Shown in pieces: positions 41,519 through 55,079 of a stretch of DNA of 64,000 nt. The stretch comes from the human T2T-CHM13v2.0 reference genome, Homo sapiens. The stretch lies in assembly GCF_009914755.1 (NCBI RefSeq), contig NC_060936.1; one strand, 5' to 3'. The stretch's first letter is position 1; every line of letters begins with the position of its first letter. The notes below the pieces were generated by a model, which was not told the origin of the DNA, made no database searches, and saw nothing but the letters and a program-made list of their open reading frames with translations. The translations under genes and the position numbers were made by a program.

Positions 41519-42355
41519 ACCTGGACATGATTTCCTTAAGGTCAGAGATTTTGCCTTATTAAAATGTCTAGATTCCTAGCACATAGCAGGTAAATTTGCT
41601 AAATAAATTTAATCATGTATTACTGAAATGCACCTTCTGTGCTAAACATAGCATTAAGCTGTATAAAAAGTGGCATAAAATGAGTGGAGGTTGGCACTGT
41701 GTCTTGCAGGAGGTACTATCCCAATCGTTTATCTAACACTAAGGGCATCTTTTACTTTTTGTTCCCCAGAGTCTACACTTGGCACTTTACACATATTGGC
41801 CCTTTTAATCCATCCCCACCAAACCCAGTAACATATGCTCTATTATCCCTATTTTTCAGAGGAGTTAGCAGAGACAGAGTAAGTCTCTGATATTCAGTGT
41901 GAATTTTCTTACCCCGGAGTCCTTGAGTTAGGACAGGAGACATTTAATTAAAACTGTGTGTTAAATAGAATAAATTTTCCTAGAGGTTCAGTTTTACTGA
42001 AGGGTTTGGGAAAGGGTTTGTTTTGACACATGCATATAAGTAAATTAATTGGCAGGAGTCTGGGTTTTTTTCATATTGACTATATCAAAATAACTTTTAC
42101 CACAAAATGCAATACTTCACGGGCATTTTGCCATAATGTTCTTGGAACTTCCTGGTAGTAAAATTCACTCTCCTCCAATTCTGGCCGTACTTGAGTGAAG
42201 TCACTTTCCCCATAATGGGATTCAAAGGTAGTTTGGTCTCAATTCCAAGCCTCTGCTTTTAGCCAGTTTTTGTTTGTTTGTTTTTGTTTTGTTTAGTTTA
42301 TGTGTTTGTTTTTATTTTAGTAAAAAGGGACAAGGCCGGTATAGGGAAGGTTGGC

Positions 42356-42358
<3 letters not shown>

Positions 42359-42392
<34 letters not shown>
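42359..42392. repeat. Poly(T) tract, ~34 nt
   Basis: Uninterrupted T run. Confidence 0.95.
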
Positions 42393-42398
<6 letters not shown>

Positions 42399-43109
42399 GG
42401 CCCTAGGAGTCTGGTATAGAGGAGATAAAACTGGAACCCTTTCAAAAACTCTTGGAAATGCATCTATAGCAAGTATTACTTTGCCTGTTGAATATCCATT
42501 GCCCCATCACCCTTGTTATTAAAATGACAATTTTGTTTGGGGCAACAATAATCCCGGTCCCAAGGGATAAATCATCCTTATTCTAGGCAAATCATTGCTA
42601 GCCTATTCTAGTGTTCCAGAGACTGTCTTTCATAGCCTCCCTTGCAACTGGGGATAGCTGTGTTATACCCTTTTGGGAAGGATAAGAAGGCAGAGCTTTT
42701 CAAGTAAACTTTGTGCTCTAGCTTCAGGTTTCTTGTTTGGAATGCTGGTGTGATGTCTGGAGTTGTGGTAGCCATCTCAAGACTGTAAGAGGAAAAACAT
42801 GAGAAATGAGAGTCAACAGGATAAGAAAAAGTGAGACCAGGATTTTAATGCTATTGCTAAGCTGCTGTACCAGCCTCGGACTGTTCATTGCTGGTCTTAT
42901 TTCAGTTAGCAATAAACATCCTTTAGGTTTAAACCACTACTTGTAGCCATAAGCATTCCTAATTGAGAGATAATCCCCTTTGTTCTCCTGAATAGAGAAT
43001 GCTCAGGAAGGGCTTATCCTAATCCAACCAGTTAACCTGTTTATTTTCTGCTGTAGTTGAAACTTTGTCTATTTAAAAATCTAAATTTCAAGCAATGAAT
43101 GTCCTATGT

Positions 43110-43625
43110 TCCTTCATTCAATAATTATCTATTGAGTACCTTTTACATGCCAGACAATCCTATAGACATTGGAATTTGGCAAGGGACAAAAGAGATAAAG
43201 TCTGTGTTCTCATAGGGCTTACATTCTAGTGCTGGGAGACAGAAAACAGAACAAAACACAGAAATATATCAAGTGCTATGGTGTTACGAAAAGGAGGAGA
43301 GAAGATCACAGCAGGCTTGAGAATAATGGAGGTAGAATTGCATTGCTAATTTACATATGGTGGTCAGTGAAGGTCTCTGATAAAATTATATTTGAGAAGG
43401 AATCCAGAAGGAGGGAGGAAGATAGAGAAACACTAGACAGACTATCTGAGGGAAGGGAATTCCAGCAGACAGAAGAAACTGCAAGTTCAAAGGCCTGGAG
43501 GTGGGAGCTTGCTTCTGTCTTAGCTATGGAAAGGAGGCATCTGTGACTGTAAGTGATGAGGAGAGTGATGAGAGCTGAATGAATGATGCAGTGAGGGGCT
43601 TGCAAGCCATGGTAAGAATTTCTCT
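43110..43625 (-). mobile_element. L2 fragment
   Basis: 'ttcattcaataattatctattgagtacc...cttacattctagt...ggtggtcagtgaaggtctctga...caaaggcctggagg'. Confidence 0.8.
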
Positions 43626-43927
43626 GCAGACTTGGAAGCCACATCCTCACAGGCACCTCTGATTCCCAGTTCCTCAAGCTCTCATGTGCATCTTATACCT
43701 GCCCATGTCTGTTGTCTCTGGGGCATTCCATACCAACCCTAGCACAGCACCTAAGACATAGTTGGTGCTCAAAAACTCGTTGAATGTGTGAATAAACACC
43801 CTTGATTTATACGAGACCAACCAATGAAAATGAAAATCCACTCACTGCCTTCTGTCTTTGGGCAAGTGACCCAACCTCTCTATGCCTCAGTAAAATAGGG
43901 ATCATTGTGATAGGATCCCTTAGTGTT

Positions 43928-44145
43928 ATGAGAACACCTGGACACAGGGCAGGGGACATCACACACTGGGGCTTGTCGGGGGGTGCAGGGCTGGGGGAGG
44001 GATAGTGTTAGGAGAAATACCTAATGTAAATGACGAGTTGATGGGTGCAGTAAACCAACATGGCACATGTATACCTATGTAACAAACCTGCATGTTGTGC
44101 ACGTGTGCCCTAGAACTTAAAGTATAATAAAATATATATATAAAG
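43928..44145 (+). mobile_element. L1PA 3' end (5'-truncated) inside a MIR
   Basis: 'ggagggatagtgttaggagaaatacctaatgtaaatgacgagttgatgggtgcag...aacttaaagtataataaaa'. Confidence 0.95.
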
Positions 44146-46022
44146 AATATTAAGAGTAATAAACAATAGGTAACATTCTAAATACCTGCAACCCTATACG
44201 TGAGTCATCATCCCCATTTTACAGATAATGAAACTGAGGCTCAAAGTGCTTTAGTTATTAGCCCAAGGTTCCCCAGCTACTCAGTGGTAGATTCAGAATT
44301 TTAACTGCCAAGCTCTGGGATGGTCCCCACAGCTATTCCTACAGAGATGATGCATGTGAATAGACCAAAACCTTACCAAACACTCAACAAATGGTAGCAG
44401 TGACTGTGTTTGTGATGGTTGCTGTTTGGTGATATTGTTATTACTGTTATGAGTATGGTGCCCAGCTGCCCAGGTAACCAATGCCTCTCTAAAAGGATGG
44501 GTGAAATGGATACCGTATTGGAGCACAGAACAAAGAAAGCAAAGGAAATTCTGCCTGGCTGGTGAGATAGCTGTATACATGTCCCAAGGGCCCAGCTTGG
44601 CTTGGGAGAGGGGGGCTGGGTGTGGAGAGATGTGGAGGAGAAAAGTACCCTCAACCATCCACACCAAATCTCATAAGCCAGGCAAACCACATGCCCCCAG
44701 CTGAGGAATCACATAACCATGGCAGCTGTCCAGGGCAGAAGAGGCCCGCACCTGTTTGCAATGTAATTTAGCTATTATCAGCTTTCGCATTCAGCTGAAA
44801 TTCAAAGACTGAAGAAGGGGGATGATGGGAGTGAGGATGCATGAGGGGGGTTAGGAAGTTGGAGAAGTAAGATGATCAAATGTCCTAAATTGCCTCCACT
44901 TTAATGCCTTATATAAAAATTTCCTGTAATGCATGTTACCATAAATAAGGGATTGTTGGACAAGCCCTGGGCAAGATAGTTTGCTAGCTGAACTCTCCCA
45001 TAGGGAAGGTTTGGAGCCTGCCTGGTGATGTCCCACTTCTCAAATTATCTTGTTGTAAATGTCTGGCTCCCAAAGCCTAGAATTTACTGGGCTGAGCACA
45101 GCTATATCATATTCTCCACTGGGCACCATTTAGGATTCACTGCTCACAGGAGGACCAACTCCCTTCTGGCCCCATCTCTGCTTATGGAGATGTTGGAGAG
45201 GGGGAATTTCATTACCCGCAGAATTCAATCTAGCCCACCTACATCCCAAAATCAACCTGTCAGGACTGGTGAGGACCGACAGCCTAATCCCCAGTCCTGG
45301 CTGTGAGGAACCTGGCCAGATATTGGGGTCACTGGGGCACATGTTGACAGTTCATATGGAAAACTGTGCAGGATACACCTGGACAATTAGTCCCAGTTTT
45401 TCTCGAGGGAAAGATGGAAGGGGCCATTTCTTTGTTGATAAGATTCAGAGTCAACTGGCAGTTTATCCTGGGTCTGCTGAATATCCAAGAATTTCCCTGG
45501 GCTCTCATAACGGTGGTGATGGTGGTGATGATAGAAGAAGGAAAGAAGGAAGAGCCAGCACTTACTGAACATTTACTACATGCTCTTCACGTGCCTTGCA
45601 TTATTTGATTCTCATAACAACCCTACGAGCCAGACCCTGTTATCACTTCTTATTACAGATAGAATAACAACTGAAAATTTAACTCATTTGCCCCCTTCTC
45701 ATGACTTTGATTTCATTTTCATGCCAACCCTGGTAGGTCAATATCATAATCTCCATTTTTGGCAAATAAACAGAAGTGAAGAGCTATTGATGAGTTCATT
45801 GCTTTCACAGTCACTGAGTGCCTCCTATGTGTCAAGCCCTGTTCTGAACCCGTGGCTATGCCAACAAACACAATGGACAAGATCTCTTGCCTTGTGGAGC
45901 ATGAATTTTCACAACTTTTGCTCACAGAAAGGATGGAAACTCAGAGCTGGTCTCCAGAAGCATTGTAACAATACTAATCCGGAAATAGTGCAATCATTGG
46001 GGTAGAGAAGAGGCTTAACAGG

Positions 46023-46530
46023 TGTCTTTGCTGGGATTCCCCACCAAATCAGATCCTGAGACAAGGGCTTCTGGACAGATAGTTTATTTAGGAGGTGATC
46101 CCTGAAAGCAGGAGTGAGGGATCATGGAGAGTGGACTGGGGGAGAGGGAGAGCTGATATAAGGATGGATTATGGAGGTGGCCCTGTTATGGCTGACTGAT
46201 GTTCAACCGATAGGGACTTTCCAAGAACCATATGGGATGCTTGTTGGAATTGTCCCTTCAAGAGATAAAAGGGAGAAGCATGTAACCATCAGTTTCTATC
46301 ATCCATTGGTTAAGGGCTGCCCCATGGGGCTTAACCTTTCACACACTTCCAGAGTGTTGCATGTGTGCGTGACATACAGTTTCTTTAGCAATCCAATGCC
46401 ATGCGTTTGACCAACCCAGGGTAGGAAATGAGCAACACAGAACACAGACTTGAGGTTTGCGGTAGCCATGAGAGTTACAGATGGGGTCAGGAGGACATGA
46501 GTCCATGCCCAATAAGTATCTTGTCATCTT
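46023..46530 (-). mobile_element. ERVL-type LTR (LTR16/LTR33-like)
   Basis: 'cagatcctgagacaaggg...agtttatttaggaggtgatccc..aagcaggagtgagg'. Confidence 0.6.
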
Positions 46531-47029
46531 TGCATTAGTCAGGACAGGCTTGGTTTTGCTGAAGTAATGAACACTCCCAAATTCTCAGTGGAATCAGCCA
46601 ACATCTGTTAAACTACCTGATACCTAGCACTCCAAATACATTATATAATTTAATCTTCAAAAGTATCCTGGAAAGCAGATATTATTATGTACTTAACTGA
46701 TAAGATAACTCAGGTTTAGAGGAACAAAATAATTGCCCAAAGCCACTCACCTAATTGGTGGTAGAACCAAGATTTGGACCCAGGAATGGATGGCTTTTAC
46801 AATGTGTGCTTTCAATGTTGTGTTTGTCAGAACCTAGGACATCAAAGGAGGGTCTTCAGGGGTCATATAGATATTGCTTTGGATTTCATTTTTAAATAAC
46901 TTTTCCTGTTTCAAAAACTATAAGTTTAAAAAATTCACTTTAAAGAGGTATATGTCAGGTTTTAACAAATAAGAGACATCCAAATTATGTCAGGTTGCCT
47001 CATTTTCTTTGGATCTGGGCATAAAACAT

Positions 47030-48400
47030 CTCCTGCCATGATTGTCTAAATGAAGAGAGTGATAGTCATTTGCATCATCTGTGAAATATTTCCACATTCC
47101 ATCTTCCAGGGATGGTAGGATTACACTTGATCCCCTTCTGGGTGAGTAGGGCCCTGTGACTAGTTCTGGCCAATGAGTTATGATTTCCAGGCCAGAGCAT
47201 TTTATTGCTAATGAGATCCATCCAACGCTCTCTGCTGGCTCTTCTTCTGAGGCAATGTTCCCGATAGTGGTTCCTCTGTTCTCCTAGGTCCAGGACTAAG
47301 GACCATGGAGAAAAGAGTCCCCTGTTGACCTGCTTTACACTTGTGTTGTGAATGAGAAATAAGCTGTTGTAATACTAAGCCACTGAGATTTGGGGTTGTT
47401 CATTACTGCAGCAAAGCTTAGCCTACCCTGATTGATTAGAGATTGTCCCAAGATTGCAAGGTATTATAGATTAGGTTCTCTGGAATAGGATGCTGAGACA
47501 GAATTTAGAGTTCAAGACATTTATTAGGTAACAGCCACTCATGAAAGAGAGAGGAAGCAGAATTGGAGAGAGGAAGGAATTGAACTATGTTCCTGGCCAA
47601 ACAAAGCTTTGGCCAACTCAGAGAAATCTCTAGATTGAGTATTGTCTATGACAGTGCCTTATGCTGGAGCAAAATGATTGGACCTTTATGCTTCTTCCTT
47701 GCTCAGTCACTGCATACAGGATGGCATAACCTTGGGTAGAGCAGCTGTTCACAGTTAAGGCAGGCCCTTATCGAGGTGGCAGACGGTGGCCACCTGCTGA
47801 CCACACTCTGCATGGCTAGGCAGAATATCCTCCCTTAAGGGGGAAGTGAGCAGCATCTCTTATCTACTACACAAGGAATTTTTTTCTGAAGTTTTTGTTA
47901 CATGCAACCCTTATCTGTATGAACCAGAATCCTAACTCTATCAAGCAGAGCTTTTGGTCACTAGCCCCAAAGTCAATCTCAGATGATTAAAGCAGAACAG
48001 GGGTTTACCCATTGAGTGCTAGAATTGTTGGCAAGGCCAGAGTGTCAGGTGGATGTATAAGCAAGCCAGAGGGAAGCCCAAACTCAAGCCACAGAACTTG
48101 CCTGCTGAGGACAGTGCTGCCACATCATGCAGCATTTAGTTAGTTATGCAACTGCTATTTTTGAATTTGGCACTCCATCCCACACCAACTGCTGCAGGGA
48201 AGAGAAAGAGAGGAAATGGGGAGGAGAACACCATGGCCGCTTTAACTTCTTATGTCTTCTATTCCCATTTGAAGTTTAGCTTGGGTGCATAGGGAGTGCC
48301 CTGGTCACCTGTCAGCACCCTGCTTGCAAGAGATGCTTGGAACACAAGAACCTGCCATTCAGTTTCTGTAGAGCAAGGTGGTCTCTGCCTTCTCCAAGAG
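47030..48400. mobile_element. Cluster of old MLT1 and ERVL LTRs
   Basis: 'gtgactagttctggccaatgag', 'aagccactgagatttgggg', 'gatgctgagacagaattt...atttattagg', 'gcttgcaagagatgcttgg'. Confidence 0.6.
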
Positions 48401-49454
48401 TTATAAAGTGCAGAACTCCTCAAACAGGAAGAATATTCAGAGTCTGAGCAGCCAAAAAAAAAAAAAAAGTGATGCATCCATTCTATGCATGGGTAAATGA
48501 AATGAAGTTCAGAAATGAATTGGATGCTGGGAATACTAAGAAGTGGCTTTGTTCATCCCTTCCATGGGTGACATTCTCCTCCCTAAGCTGAAGTTCTCTC
48601 CTGAAGTCAGCGTTCCTCTTGGCTATAGGGAGGATAAAGTCCAGGCTTAATGATAGCAGACATGGCTCACCAAGGACAACATGATGGACAAACAGAATTT
48701 CTTCTCCTGCAACCCAAGTTATGAGCAGGGGAACCCAGGAAGGTCTATCGGAAAAGGGCTCACCCCAGTGCATGGCCAGGAATTCCTGGGGGCAGATTTA
48801 GTGTATGTCTCTATCTAGCCAATTCATTGATTCCTCAAATACTTACAGAGCCTCTGCCATGTGTCAGGCTCAGCAGCGATGCAGGAAGTGCACTGGCTGT
48901 GCCTTTACGGTGCTCCTGATCCAGGGCTTTTAAGTGGCTGCTCTTTGTCACATCTTTTTTCTGGCAGCGTGGAGAAATGGTTCTATGTCTGGTCTTTGCC
49001 ATCAAAACAGCTGAGTTCAAACCCCCCAGCCCGCTCATTTCTAGTTGGGGAACCACAGCCAAATCACTTCACCTCTCTTGGCCCCAGCTTCCTCATATAT
49101 AAAATGAGATTAATGATACTGCCTACCTCCTAGAGTTACCATTAGGATTCACAGAGATAAAACAAAGCTCAGGGCCTGGCATGAATTTTGTTCAATAAAT
49201 ATTAGTTATTGTTATCATCAGCTGGGAAAGGGAGGGTGAGGGTGGGTGTTGCCCATTCTTGGCTTCCTGATTTTCACCCTATAGTTCTCATTTCCCACAT
49301 CCTGCAAGGGATAGACCTCATTACTATCACCTAAGGGCAGTGAGGCTGAGAGATATATTACAAAAACAATAGCAATAACAACAGCAATCATAGCAACTCT
49401 AATTATTGAGCGTCTGCTAAATATCATGCTCCATGCTATGCTTTGCTTAGCATA

Positions 49455-49819
<365 letters not shown>

Positions 49820-51243
49820 TAGAAATGCAGAATCTCAGGCACCACTCCAGACCTATCTCTTATACTTCCTTGGGGAATGGAAGTTTCCAGGCATTTCTGC
49901 TTTCTGGAGATTCAGGAAAAGTGGATTCTGGCAGATGAGGGCAGCCTGCTTACAAAGAGACCCAGGGGTTGCTATGAAAGGAAAAGCACAAAGCAGGGGG
50001 TAGAGTATATATGGCAGTGATACAGAGATCTGGGGAGAATGGATGGAGAAAAAACATCACGAAAGGTCCAGGTCCTTTCAGATGGAAGGAAGGTGGAGGG
50101 CGAGAGCGGACTGAATAGCTAATTGCAGCACCAGGGATTGAATTCCCTTGCCATAATTTAAGGCTCGACTATGTAAGGGTTGACTGAATTCAGTACATGA
50201 TGCTGCAGTTAGCTATTTGTGTTTTCAAGTCACCTGTATTTTCGTACATAGTATTATGAAAAATAATTGCAGACTCGCAGTTATATAATGCTTCTTTCTG
50301 CTGGACTCTCTATAATAAAGATCTTTCCCACAGCTCTAAGTGTGTCTTGGCATGGTAAACCAAAAATAAAACATAACACTCAACTTTCAGATGCATGAAG
50401 ACAGGCAATCCTGGGCTCGCTGGTTTGCAGCTGCATCCCCAGTGCTTAGAATGGTTCCTGGTGCATAGTAGGTGCTCAATAAATATTTGTTTGAGGAAAT
50501 GAATAAGTGGTTGATCCAAATTGACAAGACCCGAGCTAAACATCACAGAGAAGCGCTGTTGAGCATGGAAGCCAGACTCAAATCAGCAAGTTGCTGGACA
50601 ATCAAAATAATTTATAGCAGCTGTTCGCAACTGCTGGTTGTGAACAAAAAAAGGTCAGGCTCTCTCAACACACACACGCAGAGCTGTGTTGCTAGGCTTT
50701 ATACACGATAGGCTTTTTCTTATCTATGGTGCTAATTATTATGCCTACATTATTATAGTAATAACAGAAATTGTGTTTTCTATTGATCTCTAGGAATGAA
50801 TTGATTGATTTATGTTATAAACATGCAGACTAGAAAAGATGTTTTTAGAGAAAATGGTTAACAGTGAGCGCTGAACCACCTCTTTTTCCCACGTGGAATG
50901 GTCAGCCTGAAGCAGGACAATCGTGCCAAAGCCCAGTTGGCTTCATCTGTCTTTAGAGATCAGAGAAACTCGTCATTTGAGAAAAGCCAGGCTGGGCTGA
51001 AAGAGAGGGGCTCTGCAGGACCTCAACCTGAAGCCCCATCCCAAGAGAGTTGGGCTGGCCTTTTAACCAGCCCTTCACCTTTGGTGCCCGAAGTGCAGAC
51101 AGTTGACATCCTTTCCACCATCCACTTTCTCAGTTGGCTCAAAGAGAACATCCCCCACAGATGTAGGCTATAACCCCCATGAACCTTCTGGCTTACCATT
51201 CTGTTTATACACATTCTTTTATTTACCATTGTAGATGGCACCA

Positions 51244-51462
51244 AGGGAAGGAAAGAAAATGGAGAGAGGAAAGGAAAGGGGAAAGAGGGAGAGTAGGAGG
51301 GAGGAAAATGGGGGAAGGAAGGAAAGGAAAAAAAAAGAGGGAGGAATGAAAGGGAGGAAGGGCGGGTGGGCAAAAATAAAGGGAGAAAAGAAAGACGGGG
51401 ATGTAGAAAAAAAGAAGGAAGAAAGGAACCGGATGAGGAATGGAAAGGAGGGAGGAAGGAAG
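51244..51462. repeat. GA-rich low-complexity tract
   Basis: Almost purely purine on the + strand. Confidence 0.9.
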
Positions 51463-51469
51463 GATCTCA

Positions 51470-51610
51470 GATATATTCCTGCCTTCTCTGTATTCTGGCC
51501 TGTATCTCAGAGAATTACATTTCCTAGGCTCCTTTGCCCTCTGGGTAGGTTTGGACACTGGGAGGGCTTTGTAGGAAACTGGAGGGTGGAAGAAGAGGCA
51601 AATCCAGAGT

Positions 51611-51662
<52 letters not shown>

Positions 51663-52042
51663 TTCCCTACACTCCCCCTCCTATCTCCCTCCCAGCTTTC
51701 TCTCTCCTTCCTATGGCATCTCCAGCAGTGACTGGGTCTCCTCTGTGGCTCCAGCTCCTACCAGAGAAGTCCCCCTCCATGGTTGCAGCTCCTACCAAGT
51801 AGCCATCACTATGGTTCTAGTTCCTTCTGGATGGTTCTGAGTTCCAGTGCTACCACCTCCTCCTCCTGTTTTTCCAGTCCTAGGGGCAGAAGCAGCTGCT
51901 AGATGCTGCTCATCTCTGGGTAGCATCATCATTTCTTGTTTGGCTTCTCAGCTCCTCTATCAACTGTGTAACCAATTCCCTGTATTAAATACCCTCTGCT
52001 TGAAAATCGTGGACTGTTTTGTTTTGTTTTATTTTGTTTTCT
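51470..52042 (+). mobile_element. LTR33-like ERVL LTR containing (CT)n at ~51613-51657
   Basis: 'aattacatttcctaggctcctttgcc', 'ctgtaaccaattccctgtattaaat', end 'ctgactggta'. Confidence 0.7.
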
Positions 52043-52097
52043 TGACTAGATTCTGACTGGTATTTATGGTCTCACTAAATCAGTTTTTAAAATTATG

Positions 52098-52332
52098 GGC
52101 CAGGTGTGGTGGTTCGCACTTGTAATGCCAGAACTTTGGGAGTCTGAGGTGAGAGAATCACTCGAGACCATGAGTTCAAGACCAGCCTCGCCAACATAGC
52201 TAAACCCCATTTCTACAAAGAAAAAAAAAGAAAAGCTGGATGTGGTGACCCAGGAGTTTGAGGCTGCAGTGAGCTTTGTTCAGGCCACTGTGCTCTAGGC
52301 TGAGTGACATAGCAAGACCCCATGTGTAAAAA
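52098..52332 (+). mobile_element. AluJ with internal deletion in the right arm
   Basis: 'gctggatgtggtga' is joined directly to 'cccaggagtttgaggctgcagtgagc'. Confidence 0.85.
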
Positions 52333-52539
52333 GAATTAATTAATGGGGTGAAGCTTAGTTGAGAACAAGTTATATTTGAGGAAAATATGGAAGAAGTTCA
52401 GAATTTAGGCACTGTGGGGATAAAATGAGGGTCTTGAAAAGTGGGAGAAGTGGGAGATGATGGTAAAAAGAAGGTAGGATAATGCTAGAAACATAAAAAC
52501 AGATCTTATCTACATTACATACTATATTATCTTGCTCTG

Positions 52540-52826
<287 letters not shown>

Positions 52827-52931
52827 TAGAAGTTTTTCAGGTACCTTGCAATCATGCTTCAAGGGCAGAAGTTACTGCAGCCACTTGCACAATGGTGTCA
52901 GACTGCATTCTGGGGAGAGTAAGAGCTGGCA

Positions 52932-53153
52932 GAGTGGTGAAAACAGTGGCTCAAAAACTTGAGCATGTGACAGAATCGCCTGGGCAATAGATGGTTGACT
53001 CACAGATTGCTGGGCTCTACCCTCAGATTTTCTGACTCAGTAGGTCCAAGGAGAGGCCTGGGCATGTGAATCTCTAATACATGCTCAGGCAGTGCTGACT
53101 AGTATTGATGATCTGATGCTACTGGTCTGGGGCTCACACTTTGAGAACCACTG
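52932..53153. mobile_element. MER5-family element
   Basis: 'cagattgctgggc...ttctgactcagtaggtc...cacactttgagaaccactg'. Confidence 0.8.
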
Positions 53154-54006
53154 GGTTAAAAGAATCATACGTAGTTACTGAGAACTTATTCTACACCAAG
53201 ATCTGTCTTCAACTCTTTTCAAATATGACATCATTTAACTACTAAATGATGGACCCCACAACAACTAAATGAGGACCCTGGAGGAACCAAGAGGCTAAAA
53301 AGCATCTTCAAGTCATGCCCCTCGTACCTGGTGGAATCAGGATTGGAGTCCGGAGTGCTGGCTCCAGAGCCTGTACTTCCCACATGGGATGCATGCTACA
53401 TCGTGTCCCAAAGGTCCAGGCTGTAGGAGATGGAGACACTTGGGTTCCAGCTTTGCTTTCAGCTGTGGGATCCTGGGAAAGTCGCTTGGCTTCTCTGTGC
53501 CTCGATTTCCTCATCTGCAGAAGGGGGATCCTAACAGCCACCACCTCATAGTGTTGTCACAGTGACTTCATGAGCGAATGAAGCAGAGGCAGATTACCTG
53601 AACAGGGGACAGTTCCTGGGCTTGCTGGCAGAGTCTCTCCTCTTCTCTGCCTAAGGGCTCCGCCCCACCTCATGGCAGCCTGCACTGCCTTCCTGTCTCT
53701 CTTTGGGATGGTTCAAGGGTGCATTCTATGCAGCTCCCCAGTGGAAATCCAAGGGGACTGAGCTGGGGGGTTGAGTGCTTGCTGTTTTCCTCCCTTACTC
53801 TGGTCCCTCTCTCCCTCTCCATACTTCTGCTTCTGAGGATCATGATCAATTCCCAAATAAACCACTTACATCTATGTCCCTGTTTCAAGCTTTGCTTTGA
53901 AGCTTTGTTTTGGAAAACCCACATCAAGAAAATGACATATATAAACTATTTAGCCCACTGCCTGGCAGGCTGTATAAGAAGAAGAAAAATAAGAACACTA
54001 GCAGCA

Positions 54007-54285
54007 GGCTCAGTGCAGTGGCTCACACCTGTAATCCCAGCACTTTGGGAGGCCGAGGTGGGAGGATCACTTGAGCTCAGGAGTTCAAGACCAGCTGAGC
54101 AACATAGCCCAAAATACAAAAATTAGCCGGGCATGGTGGCACATGCCTGTAGTCCCAGCTATTTGGGAGTCTGAGGTGGGAGGACCTCTTGAGCCCGGGA
54201 GGTCAAGACTCTCCAGCCTGGATGACACAGTAAGACCCTGTCTCAAAAAAAAAAAAAAAAAAAAGAAAGAAAGAAAGAAAAGAAA
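54007..54285 (+). mobile_element. AluJ with small internal deletions and A/(AAAG)n tail
   Basis: Alu body; degenerate TSD aagaa(c/t)a(c/g)tagcagc. Confidence 0.9.
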
Positions 54286-54574
54286 AGAATAGTAGCAGCT
54301 CTTCTTAAATGCCAGGCCCTTTACATACATTGCTTATTTAATATGCATCCAATAAATGTAGCTGCTATTGTTTTATCATTATCCTCATCATCCTTACTAC
54401 TTCTCATAGATGTAGCAAAAAAAGTAATTTTTCCCTCAAGTCATTTTTCTGCCCTCTGTTATATTTTAGAGCCACCCTTCTTCATTCCCTTCATAGCATG
54501 AATGGATCTGAGTGCATCACATCCATTGATTTGTTGGCATATTCATGGCTTCTCTCCCTGGCTCAGGAACACAT

Positions 54575-54865
54575 TAGATTTTCCTGGACCCTGTGCGCTT
54601 TTGCCTTCATGGGGCTCCTTCCACCATAACTATAGCAACATTAAAAATTATTTTTGATAAAACTTTAAATATTTAAACATTTTATTTTTTTCTATTTAGG
54701 CAAAATGTAATCGGTTTTCATTGATTTTTTTCACTGAAGTTTTGTTTTTCTGATATGAGAAAAAATAAAACATTCCAATAACCCTAAGATTTTATTTTTT
54801 CTTTCTGATTGTAAAAAATTTAAAACACTATGGTGAGCCCCTAAAAGTAGTGGGTAAGTTGGCCC
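54575..54865. mobile_element. MER96B-like hAT fragment
   Basis: 'tttctgattgtaaaaaatttaaaaca...gcccctaaaagta...taagttggccc'. Confidence 0.5.
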
Positions 54866-54898
54866 CATTCTCCATGGAAGGTAAGCCCCATGAGGGCA

Positions 54899-55079
54899 GG
54901 AATCCCATCTGCCTACTCTCTCTCCTTGGAATCCCTTCCTACTTTTTCTCCTTGAAATCCCATCTTCCTGCTCCCTCTTGTTGGAATTCCATCTCCCTAC
55001 TCTCTCCTTGGAATTCTGTCTGCCTACTCTCTCTTCTTGGAATTCCATCTTCCTACTCTCTTTCCTTGGAATCCCATCC
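54899..55079. repeat. Minisatellite, ~28-29 bp unit, about 6.4 copies
   Basis: Consensus ggaat(c/t)ccatct(g/t)cctactctctctcctt repeated head to tail. Confidence 0.92.

Noticed and set aside
51235-51840. 201-aa ORF, the longest in the window
   Set aside because: It spans a GA-rich tract, a (CT)n repeat and an LTR. Low-complexity sequence lacks stop codons, and there is no recognisable domain.
54899-55079. Regular ~29-bp repeats resembling a CRISPR array; repetitive ORF 54731-55135
   Set aside because: Units are head to tail with no unique spacers, there are no cas genes and the context is eukaryotic. The ORF is just the translated minisatellite.
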